DNA from: Dipteris shenzhenensis
Taxonomy: Eukaryota
DNA length: 64,000 nucleotides
Assembly (NCBI GenBank): GCA_047967505.1
Contig: CM106538.1
Direction: 5' to 3' (one strand)
Both the position numbers and the translations under genes were made by a program. Every line of letters starts with the position of its first letter. Position 1 is the stretch's first letter. The notes below the pieces were generated by a model that was given only the letters and a program-made list of their open reading frames with translations, had not been told where the DNA came from and did not search any database. Of the stretch, positions 37,880 to 49,900 are shown in pieces.

Positions 37880-38630
37880 TGACCCATAGCCATCTCCAAC
37901 CTAATGACCAAGTTCCTTGGAGAAGAGGATGGGGTCTCCCACGCGGAGCGATTTGAACAAATTTGTGAAGCCTATGGCACTCCCAGAGACCTAGAGATGG
38001 CTAATGCATTTGGCCTCATCCTAGATGACAAAGCAGGCCAATGGTATAGGGCTCTCACCCCAAAAGAAAAGATCAACTGGGAGACATTGAGAAAGTCCTT
38101 TATTGTGGGGTCGCCCCCAGCAGCCATAAATGGAGCTCGATCAACCAATTGTATGGTGTAAAGTAGAATGATAAGGAATCCCTAAGGGATTACATTGCCA
38201 AGATCAAGCACCTCAATGCCTGCTATAAACCGTACGATCGGATGAGCGACAAATGACTGTTGCCTCGCTTCCTTATCGAATTGGCAGACTCGAAGGTACA
38301 TGACCACCTCATGGTGATGAACCCTACCTCCTTTAATCTATGCAGCAAGGTGGCCATCTACATATGTGACAGCATGATGGACAAGGTGAATTTGAATAAA
38401 GCCCCAGCTCCCTCAAAAATAGCTCCATCAGTTAGGTCTTCAAGTGTAGAATCGATCAAGAAAGAGACTAACGAGCCCAAGGGCTTGGATATGAGGAAGC
38501 TGGCCTCTAATCTGTTAGATCAGCTAGGCCAATAGTGGAGGACAGGAACCTCCAAGGAGCTACCAAGCAACCCCCACTTGTTTCTGTGGAGAGAGAATGC
38601 TGCCTGGTTTGGGTTATGCAATGGCAACCA
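37880..38630 (+). pseudogene. gag: Gypsy Gag capsid region (Retrotrans_gag-like), continuing after the insertion at 44649
   Basis: KFLGEEDGVSHAERFEQICEAY..AFGLILDDKAGQWYRAL..INWETLRKSFI; ESLRDYIAKIKHL. Confidence 0.8.
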
Positions 38631-41600
38631 TGTTGAGATATCGAGCTCCACTCATGATATGCCAGGGTGACCGTTGTGTATTTATGTCACCGACTTGTTA
38701 GCTGTAGATGCGGTTGGTACACCGCCTGTTGAGATATCGAGCTCCACTCGCGATATGCCAAGGTGACTGTTGTGCATTTATGTCACCGACTTGTTAGCTA
38801 CAGATGCGATTGGTACACCGCCCACGAATAATAGCTGGATGATAGCTATCCTTATCTACACTAGTTCGTGGATCAGTTAGTATGCCACCTTAGTTAGTTG
38901 AGTTTGGTTTGAGACCCACATATAGGGTTCTTCTATTTCTTTGTACTTGAGTTCTTTTGGCTTACACAACTAAGAAGAGGAAAACTATTTTCAGCCTCCA
39001 CCTTTGTGTGTATTCCCCCATTGTGCATGTGAGAAAGCCACAAGTGAGACTCCTTCCCTCTCTCCCACTATCTTCACATGGTATTAGAGCCTTGTTCGTG
39101 GTAAGGAGCTCAAGAAAGCAAACCAAGTTCACGGTGTCCTAGTAAGAGGACCAATGTTGCTTTCCTATTTCGATTTTGGGAGCAAATCTCTACAGGTAGT
39201 ACAGCCAGAAGTGCAAGAGTGCACTGTCTCAGATTGAGACACCCTTTGCGGTGTGGCAAGAGGGCAGTATATGCTGCGGGTCAGGGCGAAGCCCTATGTG
39301 ACTTTATTTTTCTGATTCGAGGCCATTTCGGGGCCCGTTTTGAAGGCGGAAGTTCTTCGCAGGCACTCAGAAAAAGGCTTGGCAAATAACCCAGTCTATC
39401 ATGCTAGAACAAAGCACATTGAGGTGCATTATCACTATGTGCGGGAGAAGGTTTTACTAGGTCTTATTGATCTAGTTTATGTCAGCACAGAGGATCAGGT
39501 CGCTGACATATTCATGAAGGCATTGGGCACAGAGAAGCTGCGCAAGTTCGGAGACCTACTTGGTGTACAAGAATTGGGATTGAGCTCGAGGGGGAGTGTT
39601 GAGATATTGAGCTCCACTCATGATATGCCAGGGTGACCGTTGTTTATTTATGTCACCGACTTGTAAGCTGCAGATGCGGTTGGTACACCACCCACGAATA
39701 ATAGCTAGATGACAGCTATCCTTATCTACTCTAGTTCGTGGCTCAGTTAGTATGCCACCTTAGTTAGTTGAGTTTGGTTTGAGACCCACATATAGGGTTC
39801 TTCTATTTCTTTGTACTAGAGTTCTTTTGGCTTTCACAACTAAGAAGAGGAAAACTGTTTTTAGCCTCCACCTGTGTGTGTATTCCCCCATTGTGTATGT
39901 GAGAAAGCTGCAAGTGAGACTCCTTCCCTCTCTCCCACTATCTTCGCACGGTATCAGAGCCTTGTTCATGGTAAGGAGCTCAAGAAAGCAAACCAAGTTC
40001 ACGGTGTCCTGGTAAGAGGACCAGTGTTGCTTTCCTATTTCGAGTTTGGGAGCAAATCTCTGCAGGTAGCACAGCCAGAAGTGCAAGAGTGCACTATCTC
40101 AGATTGAGACGCCCTTCGCGGTGTGGTGAGAGCGCAGTATATGCTTTGCGATTTGAGGCCATTTTGGGGCCTGTTTTGAAGGTAGAAGTTCTTTGCAAGC
40201 ACTCAAAAAAAGGCCCTGTTTTTGCTGTGCGACCACTGCTCTGTTGGTCAGTGAAAAGTTGCCGCAAAAATTGCATCGTATGCCTGTGTGTAGAGATATT
40301 GGGAGTTGCAGAATCATGCTTGTTGCCTGTTCATGCAAAATCATCACTAGGAAGTGATTGTGTGGTCAAATACCACTTTTGTCAGTTTTGCAAATCTGCC
40401 CGTGTGAGGCAAAAGCTGTGTTTTTTTGTAGTGACAATATATTTTGCAGTGTTCTGTAATGGCATCTGATTCTCTTTCATAGATTGTCACTGAAAAGTTT
40501 GACAAGAACAACTTCCAGGCATGGAAGTTTAGAATGACGAATTTCCTTATGGGAAAAGGCTATTGGGAGTTCATTACAGGAAATGAAGAAGAACTAGTTC
40601 TTCCTATCGTTCCCAATCAATAGAAAATGCAGGCATTTAAAGGATGGCATGAGAGAGACAAAAAAGTTATGTACTGGCTGTCTATCAGTATTTCAGATTC
40701 TATGATTGTGCATATTCAGGATGCAAGTACGCCAAAGGAGGCATGGGATACTTTGGCCAAAATGTACAGCACAAATATGCAAGCCAGGAAAATGCATCTC
40801 AAACAGGAGTTGCACAATGTGCAGAGAGAAAATTTGAGCATCAACGACTACCACATGAAGGTGAAGAAAATTGCAGATGCACTTGCTTCCATTGGGTCGC
40901 TAGTGGAAGATGATGATCTAGTTTCTGTGACCTTGAATGGTCTAGGAAAGGATTATGCACAGTTCTGGACATCCATTGCCGTCCGTGAAAAATTTCCTGA
41001 TTTTGAAGAGTTGTTTGCTCTTCTAATTTCTGAAGAGCAGAGAAATGGGGGTGCATCTTCTTTAGGAGAAACTTCAAAAGAAATTGTCTTCTACTCAAAT
41101 GCTGGAAGAGGTAGAGGCAGAGGTAGAGGAGGCCGATCTGTAGGCTGTGGTAGAAATCAAAATATGCAGCAAACTCAAGAAAACCAGTCCTATGGAGGAG
41201 GACGTGGTAACTCTAGAGGCAGGGGGAGCCAAAGAGGCCGTAGTGGATGGCAGAGAGGCCAAAATGCAAACAACAATGTTGAATGCTACTACTGTGGTAA
41301 AATGGGTCATATGGCTAAGGACTGCTACAAAAAGCAGAATGACATTATGAATGGAAAATTGCAGCAAGGCAATTATGCATCTTCCAGTAGATAGGGCGAT
41401 GACAGAAATGAGCATCTATTTATGGTGCAGCACATGACCAATTCTATGACAAGTGCAGAAGAATGAAATGATGTGTGGTATGTTGACTCAGGTGCATCAA
41501 ACCACATGATAGATCATGCAGAGTGGATGCAGGATGCAAGGAAAATGGAAAAACCAAGATTTGTGGAGACTGGTGATGATACTGCACATCCTATTGTGCA

Positions 41601-44600
41601 GATTGGTAAAATTCCTTTGTCTATGTAGGATGGGAAAAAGGAATATTTGTCCGATGTATTTCATGTCTCGAACATCACCAAGAACCTGGTTTCTATTGGT
41701 CAAATGGTTGAGCAGGGCTTGCAGGTTAGATTTAATCCTCATGGATGCTTTGTTGAGGATTTGAAAAATAACGGTCGCTTGATAGCAAAAGAAAAGAAGA
41801 AGGGCAGGATGTTTACGTTGGATGCGGACATGCCTGAATTGAGTGCAGCAATGTTTGCACATGGGACCGGTGTAGTTGCAGATATTGATATGTGGCATAA
41901 ACGCATTGGTCATGTTAATATACAGCGACTTAAATCAATGCAAGTCCAAAATATTGTTGCAGGATTGCCTAAATTCAAGGTTGCAGAAAGGCATAAGGTT
42001 TGTGAAGCCTGTCAATTTGGAAAATAGGTAAGGAAACAATTTCCTAGGCATGTTCAAGAGAGTAAAAAGCCATTGGAATTAATCCACTCTGATGTGTGGA
42101 CTACTAAAGCTACATCTATTGGAGGCTGTCACTATTTTGTCACTTTTATTGATGACTTCAGCAGAAAAGTTTGGGTGTATTTTATGAAAAAGAAAAGTGA
42201 AGTGTTTGGGCACTTCAAAGATTTTAAAGCTATGGTTGAAAAAGAAACAGGCCTACAAATAAAATGCCTAAGGTCAGATGGAGGGGGAGAGTACCTCTCA
42301 AATGAGTTTGCAAGGTTTCTACAGGAGCATGGCATAAAGCAGCAATATTCATGCAATCATACCCCACAGCAAAATGGACTTGCAGAAAGGAAAAACAGGC
42401 ATATTGGAGAGGTATCTCGGGCCATGCTAAATGAGAAAGATCTACCATATTATTATTGGGCTGAAGCAGTTGCTACAGCAGTTTACATAATGAACAGACT
42501 CCCACTGCAGCAATACATGGCATGATGCCAGAGGAGATGTATACTGGTAGGAAACCAGACATTTCTCATTTGAAAATTTTTTGTTGCATTGCCTATGTTC
42601 ATGTGCCAGACAAGTTGGGGTCCAAGTTGGATCCAAAAGTTGAGAAGTCCATCTTTATTGGTTATTTTCTATAGCAAAAGGGTATAGATGCTATAACCCT
42701 TCTTCTCATAAGTTTACAGTGAGCAGAGATGTTGTTTTCGATGAGATGAGCAGCTGGTATAAACCAGTAAATGTGATGATTGATGTAGATGCACAAAATG
42801 GTAATGCTACACATAATTCACAGCAGCAATCACAAAATATCAGTGGACCTATAGTGTCCTCTAGCAGTGGTTCACATACTTTGCCATGGACAGGCAGATT
42901 GAGATCAGGAGAATCTCCTCAAAGCAATGCAGATAGTGGTACACAGGTATCACGAAAAGGAAAAGAGAAGGTAGATCAGCCCATGTTTGATGTGAATGCA
43001 GGTCACTCTTATGTGGATGGTGAATCCAGTGGCTCAGAACACAGCATTGATGATGAGTTGGGTATTCCTTCTGTTGTTACACCTAGAGTAAGGAAGACCA
43101 GGGATGTTTTGAGAACACCTGGAAGTGAGCCTATTTTGCATAGGTCTACCAGAGCTAGGTATCCTGTGGATAGGCTGAAATATGATGGATTTATAGCCAT
43201 TCACTGTGCCTATATGGTCAAAGTGATACAGGAATTAGAACCCACTTCCTTTGAGCAAGCCATGGGAAATGAAAAATGGGAGAAAGCCATGGATGAAGAA
43301 ATGGATGCCTTGGAAGCAAATGCTACATGGGAATTGGTTCCTTTGCCTAAAAACAAGAATGCAATTGGCTGTAAGTGGGTTTATAAGATCAAGCACAATG
43401 CAGATGGTTCTGTGAATAGATACAAGGCAAGATTAGTTGTCAAGGGGTATGCATAGACATATGGCATTGATTATGAAGAAACATTCAATCCGGTTGCAAG
43501 GATGGCAACTATAAGAGCAATCATTGCTATGGCTGCATCAAAGGGATGGTCTTTACATCAGATGGATGTAAAGAATGCCTTCTTGCATGGTGATTTGCAA
43601 GAAGAGGTCTTTATGGAGCAGCCAGCAGGTTATGTTCATGCTATTCATCCTGAGTTTGTTTGCAGGTTAAAGAAAGCCTTGTATGGCTTGAAGCAAGCAC
43701 CTAGAGCATTGTCTGACAAGATAGGACATTATATTGTCACTATTGGCTTTCAGATTTCCCAGGCAGATTTCTCACTCTATGTGAGAAAAATAGAGAAAGG
43801 GATTATGCTACTTGTCATTTATGTTGATGATTACCTGGCCAGATTTAAGCTATGCTGTTGGATTGGTAAGTCAATTTATGCAGGCTCCAAGGAAACCGCA
43901 TTTGGATGCGGCTAGATGCATACTCAGGTATGTGAAGTCCACATTGCAATATGGACTATTTTATGAGGCTGGGGTTCAGATACACTTGCATGGATACACT
44001 GATGCTGATTGGGTTGGTAGTACTTCTGATAGACGATCTACCAGTGGATATGTGCTCTCTTTTGGGAGTGCTGCAGTCACTTGGAGTAGCAAGAGATAGC
44101 CTACAATTGCCTTGTCGAGCATAGAGGCTGAGAAAAGGGGTGCAGCAATGGCTCCATGTGAGGTAGCTTGGTTGCATACGCTACTTTATGATATGCATCA
44201 GTCTAGAGATGGGCCAGTTGTCATTTATTGTGACAACATGAGCAGTATACACTTAGGAAATAACCCAGTCTATCATGCTAGCACAAAGCACATTGAGGTG
44301 CATTATCACTATGTGTGTGAGAAGGTTTTACTAGGTCTTATTGATCTAGTTTATGTCAGCACATAGGATCAGGTCGCTGACATATTCACGAAGGCATAGC
44401 TAGATGACAGCTATCCTTATCTACTCTAGTTCGTGGCTTAGTTAGTATGCCACCTTAGTTAGTTGAGTTTGGTTTGATACCCACATATAGGGTTCTTCTA
44501 TTTCTTTGTACTAGAGTTCTTTTGGCTTTCACAACTAAGAAGAGGAAAACTATTTTTAGCCTCCACCTGTGTGTGTATTCCCCCATTGTGTATGTGAGAA

Positions 44601-44643
44601 AGCTGCAAGTGAGACTCCTTCCCTCTCTCCCACTATCTTCACA
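38631..44643 (+). mobile_element. Compound Ty1/copia block (same family as 52161-57710) with four LTR segments; TSD AACCA
   Basis: LTR fragment 38631-38726; LTR 38727-39078 + PBS + leader joined to an RH tail and PPT; LTR 39597-39948 + PBS; internal region; 5'-truncated LTR ~44396-44643. AACCA at 38626-38630 and 44644-44648. Confidence 0.95.
40459..44397 (+). pseudogene. gag-pol: Copia gag-pol polyprotein, disrupted by stops, frameshifts and a ~310-bp RT deletion after YVDD
   Basis: CYYCGKMGHMAKDC; WYVDSGASNHM; ELIHSDVW..FIDDFSRK..SDGGGEY; HQMDVKNAFLHG; YTDADW. Confidence 0.95.
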
Positions 44644-46289
44644 AACCACCCCTCCAATGAAATTCTGTGCCTAAGGGCAAGGCTGGTGCTCTACTGCACA
44701 CACTGCTATAGGTGGGGAAATCATGATACCTCCCAAGGTCAATTTCTGAGTTCCCTTCCCCAACCCATGTATCAAATGAGACCTCCATTAGACCTAATAG
44801 CCCTGCCTAACCCCTTGATCACTCAAGGTGGTCTCGTGGTTAGTTTTAGCCATTACTAAACTCAGCTAGCTCCGTTACCACCACCCATATTGGGTCCATA
44901 GCCCCCGCTACCTCATATAGCCCTAGTCAATCAAGTGTTGGTGGAAGAAGTGCCCAACAACTAGGAGGAGACGGATCTTGATCATGGACCTCACGAGTAC
45001 TACCCCTATGAGGAGAGAAGTGGCACCCTGATCCACTACCTCCTACCAGAGGATCAATAGGTTCCTATATTCTAGATTGCCCCTGTAAATGCAAGGGCGA
45101 GAGACGTGAACTCAATTTCTCGGAGACCCCTGCTCTAGTGCTACACCTGCTAAGGCCCCCATAGAGCAAGTGAATGCCCCTACCAATGTCTTATTTCAAA
45201 TGCCAAGACCCACACTTCTTCAAGGACTATCTGTACGGGGATTCATACCCCTGTCACTCAAACCATGATCAACCCCACACCCTTGTGTCCAAGGTGTAGA
45301 ACCGAACATCTGTTCCAAGACTGTCCCATGAGGAGACCAACCACATCAATCATCCCGCCAAAGAGTACCAACCTTAATCTACTTAGCATCATGTAGGGCC
45401 ATGTGGCCATAGTGCCCCTACAAGTCATCACGAGGATGCAAGCCAAGGCATTAGGCAAAGCAATGAGGAAGCTCACAAGTAAGGGTAAGGGATCCCCGTT
45501 GCCCGGCCTCAAGATTCCCCCACATCCCCTAACCCGATCTAAGAAGGTCATTCGAGTAGGTGATGGTGGTGCTCATCCACAACGGTTTTGATGAGGAGAC
45601 AAGTACTCTTGCCACCTCCTCTACTTCTGAACAATCTTCCACCCAGGGTGACCTTGAAGTGCCCCCGATCCCAAAGGTAAACAATCCAGCGCGGATGCAA
45701 GGCCTAGCACCCTTGCCCTCCTATAAGGAGACCTATCCCGATCCGGTCTTAGAAAAGCAATACATAAAAGATGCCCAGAACTTGGTATGGGGTTGCCAAG
45801 AGAAGTTCAAGCATCGACTAAAGGCCAGTAGAGGGTCAGATACTATTCATCTAGCCCACTTGATGGGTGACCGAGGGGAAAAATCACTCAAGGTACCAGA
45901 GAGGGTGGAGGAAGAGAAACACCTCACCTTCGAGCAATCAGAAGCTCCCGATCTGATGCAAAAGATGTTCCAGGAAGACCTAGTGTTGCATAACCTCCAG
46001 GAGGAAGGAGACCTGTACAGCTTCAAGGACATGTTGTCCATGGAGGAAGAAGCTTTGCAAGAGCCCTATGACAGTGCTAGGTTGGCTGCCTTCCTATTGA
46101 TAGAGATGAAAATGTTGATCACTTCCCTGCTAAGAGGAAAGCCCATCCTATGGCATGATCTATCCAATTGAATGAATAGACCATTCTTACCTCCAACCCC
46201 TATTAGCTCTAAGCCTAACCAATTGACGATAGAAAAGGGGCAAACCAGACCTAAGGTTCCCATCAATAATCTAGGCTAGTACTTCGAGG

Positions 46290-46640
46290 GTAATGACATG
46301 AACACTTCTATCCCCGTAGTCTATCAAAACCAAAAGGTTGAAGCCATCCTGGATGGGGGAGCAGGAGTGAGTGTTTGCACCAAGCAATGATGGGTGAAAT
46401 GGGAAAAACCCACACTCAAGCAGACCCATCTAGTAGTAAAGTTAGCTGATGGGGGAATTGCCGAACCCTGGGAGTGCTGACTGGCATAAACATTAAGGTA
46501 TTTGGATTCACATACCCCATCAAGTTCATAGTCATAGACTTCACTCATCGATAGCCAGAATATGAAGTTATCCTAGGCAGGCCCTTCTTACAAATGTCCA
46601 GACTCGTGCATGACTGGCGTAATGATAGCATCTACTTGCG
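46290..46640 (+). pseudogene. Gypsy retropepsin (canonical position)
   Basis: VEAILDGGAGVSVC (Asp codon 46352-46354) ... YEVILGRPFL..VHDW. Confidence 0.85.
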
Positions 46641-47410
46641 GCATGAGGAGCAAACCATGAGAGTGGACTTGCGCACCTACAAGTCCCACCCATTGTCAGG
46701 ACACCTCTTTGCCGTAGAATCTGACACCACTACCCGAACCGCCTCTGTAAAGCTATTCCAAACCTGTGACAAGGAAGAGGATGAGAAGGAGTCTGACGAC
46801 TTCTGGTATGCACATCTCACCAAGCTGGAATTCTCGTAGAACTGGATGCACATCTTAGCCAATATAGATGTCCCAGAAAGAGTAGGGTTTCATATCACCA
46901 CTCCAGAGCTCGAGGGTCTAACCCCGATGGTTTCCCTAAGAATGTTTAACATGCTCAAACACTGAGAGGTAAGCAAGGGAACCGTGAGGGTAAAATCAAA
47001 TCTTCACTGGCTATCCTACGTAGGCACCATGACTGCTCACCCCATGAATTCTCCTCCAACTGGGGAAATGGGATGAGTAAGGTAACCTCACCCATCAGCT
47101 CTATAAGCACAATGGAAGAGCCCCCTTAAGGTCCCAAATCCCCTGTATCCAAAGGCATGGCTAAGGCAAGCCAGAGGCTAAGGCCAAAAGGACCACTGCT
47201 CCGATAGAGATAGAGGAAACTAAAGATAAAGAGGACCTACGGTAGGTACCAGCCCATTACAAGGCCTACATGATTCAGGATCATAAGATCTTATACCAAC
47301 AAGCCAAAAGGTCTCGAGAGGATGGATGTTCTCAAGGGTGTGATGGGCCAGCCCAGGTCAAGGAGGTAAACCTAGACCCAGAAGGGCAAGACCCCCAACC
47401 TGTATTTGTT

Positions 47411-49117
47411 GCGGATTCAAACCCAAGGTTAACTAACCTAACCCGAGTAAATTTTTATCTTGCCATGTGTCTTTGAACCTTAGGAAGAAAGGCTTTGTAA
47501 AAAGAAATCTAAAGCGATGGCGATGACGGAGCTGTTGTCGACCGTGATGGCGACGATGACGACAGAGCTTCTAGGTTGGCTGTGCATGCAAGAGGAGAGC
47601 TTAGAGCTCTCATGTAGGTTGTTGATGCAGTGTTGTTGTTGATGCAGTTGGAGGCATAGCTCCATGGAAGGAGCTTGCAAATCCTTCGTTGTTGCCTCGA
47701 CTTCATAGCCAGTGTGCAAAAGAACTAAGAGCTCGAATCGCTAAAGGAGACGGAGCTGCTGTAGACCACGCTCTTTGGATGAGGTCGATGAGTTCGCAGA
47801 GCTATAGTTGCTGTGAAGCAGCTGTTCATATCAGGAGGCTGGCTCATCATCAACAGTTGGAGCCACGGCATTGAGAGCTGTCTTGTTGAAGCCATAGGAG
47901 CTGCTCAGAGGTGTTTGAGCCTTCTTGTTTCTTGAAGTAGCACTATTTGGAGTAGCAACTAGTCATAGGTGTTCTCAGAGTTGAAAATGAAGAGGGTGTT
48001 TGCCCATCTTTTGCTCCTAATCATGGTGCTTCTGATTGCATTTTGGTGCATCTTTGGCAGTCACAGCTTCTTGGCTTATATGAAGATCGTGAGGTCCTTG
48101 CATTGCTCTACCCTTGTGCTCATTGATAGTGGCAGCTGTGCTACCTTCTCTTGAAGGGCTGATGAGGGAGCCGATGGTTCCATTGATGGATGCACTCGTC
48201 GAATGGGCTATGGAGCCTAATTACTGTTGGCCCACTGAACGAGGTGTTGGCTATTTTCTTTGTTGCTTCTACCTCCAAACATGGTGGCCATCACGATGGT
48301 GATGACAGCATAAGAAGAAGAAGAACTATCACTATTGCAGCTATGACTACTGCATCGAGACACTAGTAGCATGCCAACAACAACTGCTTGAGAGCTGCTA
48401 TCATGAGCTTGGCTAAGAGGTGACTAGCATAGGAGCTATGGCACTGTAGTTGTCGTCATAGAGTAGCTATAGTTGAGGTGTGGAGCCTTAAAGGTTCTGA
48501 AGCTTGCTTGTAGTGCTATTTTGGCACTGGCTCATTGGCATTTGTTCTTGAAGGCTAGAAGAGCTTATTTAGGGTCCTTGGGGATCTCCCTTAGAGGGAG
48601 AGCTCACAACACTCACAAGAGAATGTTCAAGAACCACTCACATTCTCTCATACTTCTCCCAAAAACTAAACAAGGGTAACCACTATCTCTCTAAAACTAA
48701 TCTAGAAGAAAACATGAGCTCCTAATGCATGCCTACAACAAATCTACTAGGAGACTAGACCTAAGCTCTGATACCATGAGAAAGTGAGGATCGTGCTAAA
48801 CCTAGTGCACACAAGATCAGCAAAAGAACTAAGGAGGCTCAAAGCACACTAAATAAGACATGAGAGGGAGATATCAAATCTATATCTCTTGCAATGTGTG
48901 TTTATACACAACAATACATGATAGGCCTCTTTATAAAGAGAGTGCCCTTTGAATAGTCAACACATGTGGGATCCTCTCATTCACATCTCTCCTTGTGGAT
49001 ATCCTCAATCCACATCTCCACATCATGTAGTCCACATCCTAGGGTGGCTACTTTAATTCTTTCCTTTGGCATACCTTATCCTCTAATTATGTGCTCATGG
49101 CACCACAACTCTCAATA
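47411..49117 (-). mobile_element. 5' LTR (48777-49117), PBS-iMet (48765-48776) and non-coding leader of an LTR element inserted antisense into the gypsy pol
   Basis: TGGTATCAGAGC abuts the LTR; the LTR terminus matches 17130-17159; occupies the position of RT-RH-INT core. Confidence 0.85.
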
Positions 49118-49118
49118 G

Positions 49119-49380
49119 TTGCGTGCACCCTACTCTCTCCAAGTAGAAAAGGCCCAATGTAAAAAGTGGTTTGATCGCAACCTCAAGAACAAGGACCTAG
49201 TAGAAGGAGATTTGGCACTCCTATACAACGTCTGTAATACTAAACGTAAGCCTAAGTACCGAGGTATGGGTCCCTACCACATAGTTGAGATCTCTCCCCA
49301 AGGGTCGTGCTGTATAGCCACCCTTGATGGGATAGAAATGGATGCTACCTTAATGGGAGCAAATTAAAAAGATACTATGG
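49119..49380 (+). pseudogene. pol: Gypsy integrase C-terminal (GPY/F) module
   Basis: KKWFDRNLKNKDLVEGDLALLYN..GPYHIVEISPQGSCCIATLDG.. then (frameshift) YLNGSKLKRYY. Confidence 0.85.
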
Positions 49381-49570
49381 ACCACCACTCACTCTCTCCA
49401 CCCTTCAAGCTGTGCATAAAGAAATAGAAGTCAAGGCCGAGGTGGCCAAGATGAAATGCCAGGCCATTGAGGAAGCCAAAATCCATAATGCTAAACTCCG
49501 AGAGCATGAGCAAATGACATTGCATAAGGCAACGACTGAACAAATGCAACTAATGGATGAACTAATGGTA

Positions 49571-49900
49571 GAGCCATCTAGGTTGCTTGTTCAACTATAG
49601 GTCCCGGACATGCGCATCAAAGCACTTGTGGATCCAAGAGCGTGAGCCACAACTTCCTCTCCCGTGAGGTATGGGAAAAGCTACAAGCACCCCTAACCCT
49701 CACTGTCACTTCAATAAGAGCTATAAACGGCCAACTCCTACAAATTTTGGGTTTTGTGAATTTAAGTCTAACGGTTGTTCACCAAGTAGTGGATATACGA
49801 TTTTACATTCTCCCCACAGAACAATCGAAGGACAGATTATACTAGGAAGAACCTGATGCTATGCCATGAACTGTCAAATTGACTGGTGCACCCAGAATGC
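49571..49900 (+). pseudogene. Second retropepsin-like domain downstream of integrase
   Basis: RIKALVDPRA/(fs)SHNFLSREVWEKL..IRAINGQLLQILG..FYIL../(fs)GQIILGRT*CYAMNCQIDW. Confidence 0.75.
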
